Part shown: piece after piece, positions 27,183 through 36,215 of the stretch
Position numbering within the stretch: position 1 is the first letter of the stretch
How the letters are laid out: every line of letters starts with the position of its first letter
Notes under the pieces: model-generated
Databases searched by the model: none
What the model saw: the letters and a program-made list of their open reading frames with translations, nothing else
What the model was told of the DNA's origin: nothing
Position numbers and translations under genes: made by a program
Origin: Dehalococcoidia bacterium
GTDB lineage: Bacteria; Chloroflexota; Dehalococcoidia; Bin125
Reading direction: 5' to 3'
NCBI GenBank assembly: GCA_965242565.1
Contig: OZ251457.1
Span: 2,904,653-2,968,652 of the forward strand
DNA length: 64,000 nucleotides

Positions 27183-29141
27183 ATGCGCGCGCTGCTGTTC
27201 GTCCCTTTCCTGGTCGCGGCCTTGCTGCTCGCCCTTGCCTGCGGCGGCGACGATCAGCAGCAGCAGGAGACCGTCTCGCCTCCGCCGCCCCCGCAGCAGC
27301 AGGTAGAGCAACAGCAGACGGAGCAGCCGCAGGCCGCGCAGACCGAGAGCGCCGCCGCGCAACAGGCCGATCAGACGGTCGCTGCGCAGGATCAAACGCA
27401 GGATCAGGCGCAGGCCAACACGCAGGCCAAAGCGCAGGCCAAAGCGCAAGAAGGGGCGCAGGACCAGAAGAAGCCCGCCGCAGACGTCAAGAAGCTGACC
27501 ATCGGCGGCGAGCGCCCCGCAGCGCTGTTGCTGCCCGCGAACTACGACGACAGCGAGCCGCTCCCGCTGGTGCTGATGCTGCACGGCTACGGCGGCAGCG
27601 CAGCCGAGAACGACGCCTGGCTGGGGGCGTCGCAACTCGTCGCCGAGGGCGGCTTCGGACTCATTCTGCCCGACGGCACGCTCGATCAGGATGGCAACCG
27701 CTTTTGGAATGCGACCGATGCCTGCTGCAACTTCTACGGTTCCGAGGTCGATGACGCCGCCTACCTCGCGGCGCTGGTCGCGGAGGCGCAGACCTACGGC
27801 GGCGCAGGTCTGGTCGCCGCCGTGGGCGTCTCCAACGGCGGCTTTATGGCCTACCGGCTGGCCTGCGAGGGGCTGCCCGGCCTGATCGCTGTGGTCAGCG
27901 TGATGGGCTCCTCCTTCAACGATCCGGCCGATTGCGCCGCGCCCGCGCCGGTCTCCGTGTTGCAGATTCACGGCGACGCGGACGCGATCGTGCGCTACGA
28001 CGGCGGCCTGGCCGACGGCGAAGGCCGCCAATTCGCCGATACGCCCGGCGCGAGCGAAGTGACGCGGCGCTGGGCGGAGCGCGCCGGCTGCGACCTCGAC
28101 GCGCGCGAAGACCTCAAGCCGATCGAGATCGACTACAGCGCAGACGGCGCGGAAACGACGGTGCAGCGCATCCGACAGGGCTGCGCCGACGGCATCACTG
28201 TCGAGCTGTGGACGATGCAGGGCGTCGGCCACTTCCCCGCCTTCCAGCCGCACGCCATCGGCGCCGTCCTCTTCACCTGGCTCGGGGCGGCTGCGAGCGC
28301 GACCGCGGGCGAACAGCCGTCCGCGGCCGCAAGCGGCCTACAGACCTTCATCATCGGCGGCGACCGCCCCGCCGCGTTCCTGCTGCCCGAAACCCGTCTG
28401 CTCGGACCGCTGCCGTTGGTCGTCCTGCTGCACGGTTTCGGTATGAACGCCCCGCAGATTGACGGTTACTTCGGCCTCTCCCAACTCGCCGAAGACGGTC
28501 TGATCGCCCTGATCCTGCCCGACGGCACGCAGAACCCCGACGGCGATCGTTTCTGGAACGCCACCCCCGAATGCTGCAAATTCGAGGGCCAGGATGTCGA
28601 CGATGTCGGCTATCTCAACGGCCTCGTCGCCGAAGCCCGCCAATACGCCTCGTTCGACCGCCTCTACCTCGTCGGCTACTCCAACGGCGGCTTCATGTCC
28701 TACCGCATGGCCTGCGAAAACATGCCCGGCCTCACCGCGCTGGTCAGCGTCGCCGGCTCCTCCTACATTGACCCCGCCGACTGTCCGAATCCCACCCCCG
28801 TCTCGGTACTGCAAATTCACGGCACCGCCGACGTACTGGTGCCCTACGACGACGATCCGCGCGGCGTGCCCGGCGCAGAGACGCTCACCCGCCGCTGGGC
28901 GGAGCGCGCCGGCTGCGATCTCGCCGCCGCCGAAACGCTCGACCCCATCGAACTCGATCACAGCGTTTCCGACACCGAAACGACGGTCCGCCGCCTCCGC
29001 GAAGGCTGCGCCGACGGCGTTACCGTCGAACTGTGGACGCTGCATGGCATCGGCCACGGCCCGGCCTTTTCGCCATCCGTCATCGCCGGCCGGATCATCG
29101 GCTGGCTGCTCATTGAGTCGCGCGCCGAAGCCGCGTCATGA
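27183..29141 (+). CDS. lipoprotein with two tandem PHB-depolymerase/esterase-like domains, joined to the N-terminus by a Q/A-rich linker
   Basis: ATG at 27183, in frame. Lipobox-like LALACGG. Two nucleophile elbows (GVSNGGFMAY and GYSNGGFMSY) and two RFWNAT(D/P)xCC motifs. Confidence 0.75.
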   Translation: MRALLFVPFLVAALLLALACGGDDQQQQETVSPPPPPQQQVEQQQTEQPQAAQTESAAAQQADQTVAAQDQTQDQAQANTQAKAQAKAQEGAQDQKKPAADVKKLTIGGERPAALLLPANYDDSEPLPLVLMLHGYGGSAAENDAWLGASQLVAEGGFGLILPDGTLDQDGNRFWNATDACCNFYGSEVDDAAYLAALVAEAQTYGGAGLVAAVGVSNGGFMAYRLACEGLPGLIAVVSVMGSSFNDPADCAAPAPVSVLQIHGDADAIVRYDGGLADGEGRQFADTPGASEVTRRWAERAGCDLDAREDLKPIEIDYSADGAETTVQRIRQGCADGITVELWTMQGVGHFPAFQPHAIGAVLFTWLGAAASATAGEQPSAAASGLQTFIIGGDRPAAFLLPETRLLGPLPLVVLLHGFGMNAPQIDGYFGLSQLAEDGLIALILPDGTQNPDGDRFWNATPECCKFEGQDVDDVGYLNGLVAEARQYASFDRLYLVGYSNGGFMSYRMACENMPGLTALVSVAGSSYIDPADCPNPTPVSVLQIHGTADVLVPYDDDPRGVPGAETLTRRWAERAGCDLAAAETLDPIELDHSVSDTETTVRRLREGCADGVTVELWTLHGIGHGPAFSPSVIAGRIIGWLLIESRAEAAS

Positions 29142-29626
29142 CCGACGAACCCGGCGCGGAACATCTGCTGGCAATGCTCGAGATCGCCCGCCACGATCGC
29201 ATAGCGATTGCCGTTGCGCCAGGCATTGCACCCGGCCGAGCCGCCGACCTCGCTGAAACAATCACCGCCCGCCTCAATCAGGCGGGCGTCCCCCCAAGCT
29301 GCCGCGCCTGGATCGTCGCCCAGCCCGCCCAGGCCGACTCCCCCAACGCCGACGTACAGACCGCCGCCGTACTCGCCGCGCTCTCCGACGCCATCGGCGC
29401 GTCTCCGCTCACCATCCACAACCCGCGCGACGTCGACGACCTCATCTTCCGCCGCCGCCCGCCTAACCAGAAGCGCGGCGGCGTTTACCTCAACGCCCAA
29501 TGGATGCAGGCCGCCATCCGCATCGCCTGCGGCCCGCCCGACGAGCTCGCCGCCGGCCTCTCCGCCTGGTTCAACGACCCGGCTTCGCTCGTCCCAGAGG
29601 ACCTATCGGCGACGCTCGTCCTCTAG
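29138..29626 (+). CDS. hypothetical protein
   Basis: ORF with coding-like composition and an ATGA overlap with the upstream gene. No domain recognised. Confidence 0.4.
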   Translation: MTDEPGAEHLLAMLEIARHDRIAIAVAPGIAPGRAADLAETITARLNQAGVPPSCRAWIVAQPAQADSPNADVQTAAVLAALSDAIGASPLTIHNPRDVDDLIFRRRPPNQKRGGVYLNAQWMQAAIRIACGPPDELAAGLSAWFNDPASLVPEDLSATLVL

Positions 29627-29800
29627 AGTGTGTTCACACAAGCCCGCCTGCTGCCAGTGGTACACACCCAAGTTCCGTCGCCCCCGACTTGATCGGGGGC
29701 CCAAACCCAACTCTGTTCACGGCACGAGGGGGCGGTTTGCCTGCCAATGTCCGTTCACAGGTCATCCCGATACGTCGCGCCGCCGACAGCCCGTCGTAGG

Positions 29801-29892
29801 CGGTTCCCCCGTTCGGGCTGGGGGCCGATTCCCGCTCGGGGGCGGGAATGACGGAGAGATGGGCGCGGGAGTGGCGGGAGGTGTGAACGCGC
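29801..29892. repeat. dispersed palindromic repeat family member
   Basis: Reads gttcgggctgggggccgattcccgctcgggggcgggaatgacggagag...gcgctctag. Confidence 0.7.
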
Positions 29893-29893
29893 T

Positions 29894-30032
29894 CTAGCCC
29901 CGCGGCAGGCCCAGGCCCCGCGTCGCGATGATGTTCCGCTGGATCTCGCTCGTGCCGCCCTCGATCGTGTTCGCGATCGAGCGCAGGAAGCTGTAGGCGT
30001 AGCGGCCCCGCTTCGGCGCGTGCGGGTCCCGC
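29894..30032 (-). pseudogene. 3' remnant of an acyl-CoA dehydrogenase gene: a duplicate of the last ~45 codons of the gene at 31865..33058
   Basis: About 103 bp are identical to 31900..32003 (gcgatgatgttccgctggatctcgctcgtgccgccctcgatcgtgttcgcgatcgagcgcaggaagctgtaggcgtagcggccccgcttcggcgcgtgcgg). The fragment would encode ...GRYAYSFLRSIANTIEGGTSEIQRNIIATRGLGLPRG*. No upstream coding continuation exists. Confidence 0.7.
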
Positions 30033-30045
30033 CCTGCCGACGCCC

Positions 30046-31836
30046 CTATTCCTCAATCGGGCGCAGCACCATGTACTTCTCCAGCCATTCGACGATCTCG
30101 GGCGTGAGGTAGCGCTCCATGTTCGGGACTGCCGGATCTGGCACGCCCGCATGATTGAGAATGTAAAACGAGCAGAGCTCGGCGCTCAGCTCTCTGGGAC
30201 TGATGGAGTAGATGTTGCGGAAGATGCTGCCCCTTGGCAACACCCAGCTCCAGCCATTCGAGTGCCGCCGGAAGCCGACGAGCTTGATGAACTCCTGCGC
30301 CGCATCGGGCATGTGCTCGATCGCACGCGCGTAGATCCAACCTCTTTCCACCCACCCCAAAGACGGATGGTCAAACACGACCGGCCGGCCGGGCCTGTCT
30401 TGCTGAACGTCATAGTAGTTTTGCTGCCCATGGCACAGTTCGTGCGCGTCGAGGCTGGGACTTAGCAAGTGTTCCCCGCGCTGCTGGTAGACTCGATGTG
30501 CCGGTGATCCTTCCTCGGCATTGTGAGTGATGACAGGAAGTACTTGTAGGAGCAGGCCGCTGTCGCCGGTCGAATGGTATAGACCCCCCCCAAAGCCGCG
30601 GCCTCCGGGGACTATCTGTCTGACGATGCACAGGTGAGGCAGTACAGGAAGCAGCTGAGTTACCGCATGCTGCACATCCGGATGGTATGTCTGGGCGCAT
30701 GGCGCGTCGTCATCGAATATCCGGAATTCTGGGTTGAAGCGACGTCGATCTCGTGTTTCCGCCCAGGACAGGCACTGCCGGCCGGCGTCGATTGTTCCTG
30801 TGAGCTGGTCGTAGGTGCAAATGTTGATGCAGTCCGCCCAGAGTGTGCCGGCCGGAACAAACTCCGCGTAGTCGTCGGCGAACTGCTGAATCAGCACGGC
30901 TCCCACATTGTATTGGTTGTAAGCGCGCCAGCCGTCATCATGGAGGATGATCGTGTTCGCCATACAGCCCATGGTGGCCAGTCGTGCTTTCAGGTGATAG
31001 AGCGAGCCGCCGCCGTATTGGACCGGGAAGAGTCGGTCGTATTCGTCGGGGATCTCGGCGATGACCTGAGTTGGTTGGAGTGCGGCCCCGATCGTCGGGT
31101 CGGTTGCGGTCGGGTCGTTGAGAACCTCTCGCAGGTCAACGCAGTCGGCCCAAAGCGCGCCGGCGGGCGCGGAGCGTGCGTAGGTCTCGACGAATTGCCG
31201 ATTCTGAGCCGCCGGAACGCTAAATCGACTGTACGCGCTCCGCCGGTCATCGTTTACCACGATGATGTCGGCGATGCAGCCCGCGATGGCCAGGCGGAGA
31301 TACAGGTCGTACAGAGAGCCGCCGGTCCACCGGAATGGAAAGAACTGGTCGTGCTCGCCCGGAATGTCGGCGATGATGGGGCGGTTCTCCGGCTCGAGTC
31401 CATGGCTGGCGGGCGGCGGGTCGCCAAGCCGGCTGGTCAGGTCCGCGCAGTTTACCCAGAGTGGTCCCGACGGCACGAAACTCCCGTAGGTTTCGATGAA
31501 CGGTGAGTTTATCGCAGCGGGAACGTCGAAGTGGTTGTAGCCGTGCCACCGGCCGCCGTCGTAGAGCCAGATCGTGTTGGCGATGCAGCCGCGCACGGCG
31601 AGCTGCGCGCGGAGCTGCCGGAGAGAGCCGCCGCTCCATTGAACCGCAAAGAAATGCCCGTAGTCGTCGGGAATGGCGGCGACAAGCTCGATCGGTTGTC
31701 CCGATCTGTTGTGTGCTTCGTCGCCGGACTCTGCCTGTTCGCCGTCGTCCGCGGCCGCTGAACCAACGCCGATCAACAGCGCCGCCAGCAAGGACGCGGC
31801 CAGGATCAGCGCACGAGTCACACTCTGCACACACAT
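30046..31836 (-). CDS. secreted protein with three tandem ~95-aa repeats and a C-terminal HExxH (HELCH) putative zinc-peptidase-like domain
   Basis: Signal peptide LILAASLLAALLIGVGSAAA. Three copies of IPDxY..F(F/P)..(W/Y)xGGSL..L...LA..GC(I/M)ANTI.L.D.GRW..YN.F.VPAA.N..F.ETY...VP.G.LW..C.DL. A C-terminal HELCHGQQNYYD is also present. Confidence 0.65.
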   Translation of the reverse strand: MCVQSVTRALILAASLLAALLIGVGSAAADDGEQAESGDEAHNRSGQPIELVAAIPDDYGHFFAVQWSGGSLRQLRAQLAVRGCIANTIWLYDGGRWHGYNHFDVPAAINSPFIETYGSFVPSGPLWVNCADLTSRLGDPPPASHGLEPENRPIIADIPGEHDQFFPFRWTGGSLYDLYLRLAIAGCIADIIVVNDDRRSAYSRFSVPAAQNRQFVETYARSAPAGALWADCVDLREVLNDPTATDPTIGAALQPTQVIAEIPDEYDRLFPVQYGGGSLYHLKARLATMGCMANTIILHDDGWRAYNQYNVGAVLIQQFADDYAEFVPAGTLWADCINICTYDQLTGTIDAGRQCLSWAETRDRRRFNPEFRIFDDDAPCAQTYHPDVQHAVTQLLPVLPHLCIVRQIVPGGRGFGGGLYHSTGDSGLLLQVLPVITHNAEEGSPAHRVYQQRGEHLLSPSLDAHELCHGQQNYYDVQQDRPGRPVVFDHPSLGWVERGWIYARAIEHMPDAAQEFIKLVGFRRHSNGWSWVLPRGSIFRNIYSISPRELSAELCSFYILNHAGVPDPAVPNMERYLTPEIVEWLEKYMVLRPIEE

Positions 31837-31864
31837 CTCCTGTCGTCGCGCTACAGGCGAGGCG

Positions 31865-33058
31865 TCAGCCGCGCGGCAGCCCCAGCCCTCGCGTTGCGAT
31901 GATGTTCCGCTGGATCTCGCTCGTGCCGCCCTCGATCGTGTTCGCGATCGAGCGCAGGAAGCTGTAGGCGTAGCGGCCCCGCTTCGGCGCGTGCGGATCC
32001 CCGCCCTGCAGCTGGCCGTAGAGACCCAGCACCTTCATCGCCGTGCCCTGAATCCGCTGGTTCAGCTCCATCGCGTAGAGCTTCGCCATCGACGCCTCGT
32101 GATTCGGGATCATCCCCTGGCTCTGCATGCTCACGATCCGGTAGGAGATCATCATCGCCGTCTGCGCCTCGATGTAGCGATCCGCCAGCGCGTTGCGCGT
32201 CTCCTCGTTGTCGCCCAGCGACGACATCCCGCTGCCCCGGTACTGCTTCGCCACGTCGATGATCGCCTCCACCCCCTGCCGCATCCCCACCGCCGAGCCG
32301 ATGCTGCTCCGCTCGAAATCGAGCGTCGTCACCGCGCCGTACCAGCCGCGGTTCACCTCGCCCAGAATGTGTCGGCTGGGAATCCGCACATCCTCGAAGA
32401 AGACCTCGTTGAACTCGTGCGTGTTGGTCATGTTCACCAGCGGCCGCACTTCCACGCCCGGCGAGTGCATGTCCAGCATGAAGTAGGTGATCCCCTTGTG
32501 CTTGGGCGCGTCGGGGTCCGTCCGCGCCAGCAGGATCATCCAGTCCGCCCGGTGTGCGCCCGAGGTCCAGATCTTCTGCCCGTTCACCACCCAGTCGTCG
32601 CCGTCCTTCACCGCCCGCGTCTGGAGCGACGCCAGGTCCGAGCCGCTGCCCGGCTCCGAGTAGCCCTGGCACCAGATCGCCTCGCCGCTCAGGATCGGCG
32701 GCAGATGCTCCGCCTGCTGCTGCTCCGTGCCGATCGTGATGATCGTCGGCCCCGCCATCCCGATCGCGATCCCGCCCGGGCGCGGCGCGCGCGCCTCCGC
32801 CATCTCCTCGTTGAAGATGAACTGCTGCATCACGCTCAGTCCTGCGCCGCCGTATTGCTCCGGCCAGGCCGGCGCGATCCAGCCCCGCTGCGCCAGCTCG
32901 CCCTCCCAGGCCCGCATCGAGGGCGTGCGGTCGAACATCGCCGCACTCCGCGACTCCTCGCGCATCCGCTGCCGGCGCGGCTCAAACTCGCTGCCGATGA
33001 ACTCCCGCACCGTCGTGCGGAACGCCGCTTCCTCGCCCGTGTCCCTGAAGTCGACCAT
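31865..33058 (-). CDS. acyl-CoA dehydrogenase
   Basis: Start taken at MVDFRDTGEEAAFR (cat at 33056..33058). Full ACAD domain series with QGYSEPGSGSD and GQKIWTSGAH. Paralogue of the partial gene at 1..1093. Confidence 0.85.
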   Translation of the reverse strand: MVDFRDTGEEAAFRTTVREFIGSEFEPRRQRMREESRSAAMFDRTPSMRAWEGELAQRGWIAPAWPEQYGGAGLSVMQQFIFNEEMAEARAPRPGGIAIGMAGPTIITIGTEQQQAEHLPPILSGEAIWCQGYSEPGSGSDLASLQTRAVKDGDDWVVNGQKIWTSGAHRADWMILLARTDPDAPKHKGITYFMLDMHSPGVEVRPLVNMTNTHEFNEVFFEDVRIPSRHILGEVNRGWYGAVTTLDFERSSIGSAVGMRQGVEAIIDVAKQYRGSGMSSLGDNEETRNALADRYIEAQTAMMISYRIVSMQSQGMIPNHEASMAKLYAMELNQRIQGTAMKVLGLYGQLQGGDPHAPKRGRYAYSFLRSIANTIEGGTSEIQRNIIATRGLGLPRG

Positions 33059-33187
33059 CGTTCCAGCCTTCCCCGTCGACGCCCGCCGTCGGGCGCCCAA
33101 TGACCGCAGCCTATCGCATCGGTACCATTGCCTCACAGCCCCTCTACGGTCCCAGCGCGGACGCAGCGCGAAGGAGCAGGGAGCAGA

Positions 33188-33925
33188 ATGGTGCGCCGAT
33201 CACTGGTCGAAGACGACGCCCGCCGGCTGCTCGGCGGCGCGCCCGTGCTGATCGTCACCACCCAGTGGCGCGCCGTCTCCAACGCCGCCCCCATCGCCTG
33301 GGCGATGCCCGTCAGCATCAACCCCCCGCTGCTCGCCATCGCCGTCCACCCCTCCCGCCGCAGCCACGACATGATCAAGTACGGCGAAGAATTCGTCGTC
33401 AACATCCCCTCCCGCGTGCTGCTCAACCACACCCAGTGGCTCGGCATGGTCAGCAACTCCGTCGGCGACAAGCTCGAGGCCTCCCGCATCCCCTCCTTCC
33501 GCGCCCGCGAGGTCGACGCCCCCCTGCTCGAAGGCTGCGTCGGCTGGATCGAATGCACCCTGCACGACTGGTACACGATGGGCGACCACACCCTCTTCAT
33601 CGGCAAGGTCGTCTCCGCCCAGGCCGACACCGACGCCTTCGACTTCAACACCGGCATGTGGACGCTCGACGACGACGAATACAAGCCCCTCATGTACCTC
33701 GGCGGCCGCAGCTACGCCGTGCTCAACGACGCCTTCGACGCCACCGTCGAGCAGCGCAGCGTCGAGCAGATGCAGGAGGAGGGCCTCGGCCAGGAGCTCG
33801 AAGCAGCCGAAGAAGAGCGCCGCATCAAGCGCGAAGAAGAAGCCGAGCGCCGCGAAGCTGAAGAACGCCGCGGCGAGCACGAACCCGACACCTCCAGCCT
33901 CCCCCGCCAGCTCCCCGACGCCTGA
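33188..33925 (+). CDS. flavin reductase-like (FMN-binding split-barrel) protein with a charged E/R/K-rich C-terminal tail
   Basis: Start at MVRRSLVEDDARRLLGGAPVLIVTT. Similarity to the flavin reductase / HpaC family is recalled, not searched. Confidence 0.65.
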   Translation: MVRRSLVEDDARRLLGGAPVLIVTTQWRAVSNAAPIAWAMPVSINPPLLAIAVHPSRRSHDMIKYGEEFVVNIPSRVLLNHTQWLGMVSNSVGDKLEASRIPSFRAREVDAPLLEGCVGWIECTLHDWYTMGDHTLFIGKVVSAQADTDAFDFNTGMWTLDDDEYKPLMYLGGRSYAVLNDAFDATVEQRSVEQMQEEGLGQELEAAEEERRIKREEEAERREAEERRGEHEPDTSSLPRQLPDA

Positions 33926-34060
33926 CCGCTTCCCACCCGCCCCCACCGCCATCCCCGGCTCTCCATCACTGCCACACCCGCGCCCACCCACCACCGTCAT
34001 CCCCGCGCTTGCCGTGGAGCCTGCCCCCGGCCCGAACGGGGTATCTCGCCGTGAGCAGCG
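33926..34060. repeat. dispersed palindromic repeat family member
   Basis: Contains ccgtcatccccgcgcttgccgtgg and cccggcccgaacggggtatctcgccgtg. Confidence 0.7.
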
Positions 34061-34099
34061 CCGAAGTCGCAATCCCCTAAGCTGGCGCAGGAGGCCCCA

Positions 34100-36160
34100 A
34101 TGCTCGCTCGCCTCGGACTGACAGCTCTCATCGTGGCCACCGCCGCGCTCGCGCTGCTGCTGGTGAATGCCGGTACCGGGCGAGCCGAAATAATCGACGA
34201 GGGCGTCATCTCGATCGTCGCACGCTTGGCTCCCGACGATCGCATTGAGTTCGCCACGGTCATCTTTCCCGAGGAACGGGTTCTCCCCGAGCGGCGCTTC
34301 GTCGACGCCTCTGTCCGGCACGGCCGTTGGTTGCAGAGCTCGTTGATCGACTTTCGATGGGGACGCTCCGGGCGGATCGTCGCGCGGCGCCTGGCCGACG
34401 GCCGATTCACCGCGGGGTTGCGCTTGACTGGCTCTGAGGAAGTGCTCGTGCCCTACGGTTACGGCGGACGTTTCCACATGGATAACTTGGCTGGCGAGTG
34501 GCGGATCGTTGGCGTGATCGTCAGTTCCGCTATGCAGCATGCCTTTGTCGTGCGGCGTGGCGATGCAGCGATCAGCGCCGGCTACGACCACTCTTGCGCC
34601 GTCCTTGCCGACCGCGCGATCCAGTGTTGGGGCTCCAACGAGTTCGGTCAGAGCGCCGCGCCCGACGGCCAGTTTTTCTACGTCAGCGCGGGCCGCCGGC
34701 ACACCTGCGCGCTCAACATGACGCAAGAGGTTCTTTGCTGGGGATCCAACGAAGGGGGGCGCAGCGATCCGCCGGCGGGACGCTTCAACTCAATCAGCGT
34801 TGGCTATGACCACGCCTGCGGAGTGGCCTTTGGCGGCGGCCCTGTTCACTGCTGGGGCCGCAATGTCTACGGGCAGACCGACGCCCCAGCCGGGCGATTC
34901 ACCGCCGTATCCGCCGGGCATCGCCACACCTGCGCAATTGATGAAGCCAGCGCGCTGCACTGCTGGGGCGACAACCGCTGGGGCCAGTCCGACCCACCCT
35001 CCGGACGCTTCGCCGCCGTCAGCGTCGGCAACTCTCACTCCTGCGCGCTCAGCATCGATGGCATCCTCGACTGCTGGGGCTACACCGACGAGGCCCACCC
35101 CATCGAAGACCTCGACGGCAACCGCTACGAATTCCTCAGCGCCGGCGGCTGGCATGTCTGTGGCATCGCCCAGGGCGGACGCATGGATTGCGTCGGCTGG
35201 AACGGCTACGGGCACGCCGTCTCCCCGCCCGGCCGCTACGCGCTCGTCAGCGGCGCCGAAGAGCACACCTGCGCCGTCACCCTTAAAGGTGCGGTGACCT
35301 GCTGGGGACGCAACGGCTTCGGCCAGACCGACTCGCCCGGCGGCGCGTTCGCCTCGCTTGCCTCCGGCTACGACCACACCTGCGCTATTGACGAAAGCGG
35401 CGCGCTGTCCTGCTGGGGCGCCAACGGCGACGGCCAGATCGAAGCGCCCGATGGCGAATACATCGCTGTCGCCCCCGGCGACTGGCACACCTGCGCCGTC
35501 CGCGCCTCAGGCGAAATCGCCTGCTGGGGCTTCGACGGCTACGGCCAGATCGCCGACGCGCCCGCCGGCGGCGGTTACACCGACATCGTCGCCGGGCGTT
35601 CCTCCGCCTGCGCCCTGCACCAATCCGGCCGCGTCGACTGCTGGGGACGCAACGACCACGGCCAGGCCGAGCCACCCGACGCGCAGTTCACCGCAATCAG
35701 CGCGTCCTCCCTGCACGTTTGCGGCGTCGCAGCCGACGCGCAAATCCACTGCTGGGGCCGCAACCTCGAAGACCAGTCCGACGCCCCGCCCGGCCGCTAC
35801 ACCGCCGTCGCCGCTGCCGACTTCCACACCTGCGCCCTGCGCGAATCCGGCGAGATCGCCTGCTGGGGCCAACCAGACGACGACCGCACCAGTGCCCCCA
35901 CCGGGCGCTACACCGCCATCGGCGCCGGCCTCGCCCACACCTGCGCCGTGAGCGAATCCGGCCAACTCTCCTGCTGGGGCATCAACTTCTGGGCCCAGGC
36001 GGATCCGCCCGAGGGCGAGTACGCCGCAGTGGTAGCCGGCAACTCCCACAGCTGCGCCCTGCGCGCCAACGGCGAAATCACCTGCTGGGGCATCACCGTC
36101 TACGGCCAAACCGATGTGCCGGAGCGTTGGCGGGACGACGGGTCGATTAGCTGGGAGTGA
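34100..36160 (+). CDS. secreted RCC1-repeat (beta-propeller) protein
   Basis: N-terminal signal/TM segment LTALIVATAALALLLVNA. More than ten HTC(A/G)...CWG repeat blocks. The N-terminal duplicated module resembles that of the 23522..24853 protein. Confidence 0.8.
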   Translation: MLARLGLTALIVATAALALLLVNAGTGRAEIIDEGVISIVARLAPDDRIEFATVIFPEERVLPERRFVDASVRHGRWLQSSLIDFRWGRSGRIVARRLADGRFTAGLRLTGSEEVLVPYGYGGRFHMDNLAGEWRIVGVIVSSAMQHAFVVRRGDAAISAGYDHSCAVLADRAIQCWGSNEFGQSAAPDGQFFYVSAGRRHTCALNMTQEVLCWGSNEGGRSDPPAGRFNSISVGYDHACGVAFGGGPVHCWGRNVYGQTDAPAGRFTAVSAGHRHTCAIDEASALHCWGDNRWGQSDPPSGRFAAVSVGNSHSCALSIDGILDCWGYTDEAHPIEDLDGNRYEFLSAGGWHVCGIAQGGRMDCVGWNGYGHAVSPPGRYALVSGAEEHTCAVTLKGAVTCWGRNGFGQTDSPGGAFASLASGYDHTCAIDESGALSCWGANGDGQIEAPDGEYIAVAPGDWHTCAVRASGEIACWGFDGYGQIADAPAGGGYTDIVAGRSSACALHQSGRVDCWGRNDHGQAEPPDAQFTAISASSLHVCGVAADAQIHCWGRNLEDQSDAPPGRYTAVAAADFHTCALRESGEIACWGQPDDDRTSAPTGRYTAIGAGLAHTCAVSESGQLSCWGINFWAQADPPEGEYAAVVAGNSHSCALRANGEITCWGITVYGQTDVPERWRDDGSISWE

Positions 36161-36215
36161 CGACTTCTGACCCCTGAAGCGCTGGCGCCGCCTCGGTGTG
36201 GTAGGTGCGAGTGGG

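Noticed and set aside
33200-34726. 508-aa minus-strand ORF spanning the flavin reductase and the start of the RCC1 gene
   Set aside because: Antisense to two well-supported genes. Translation is Gly/Ala-rich and featureless.
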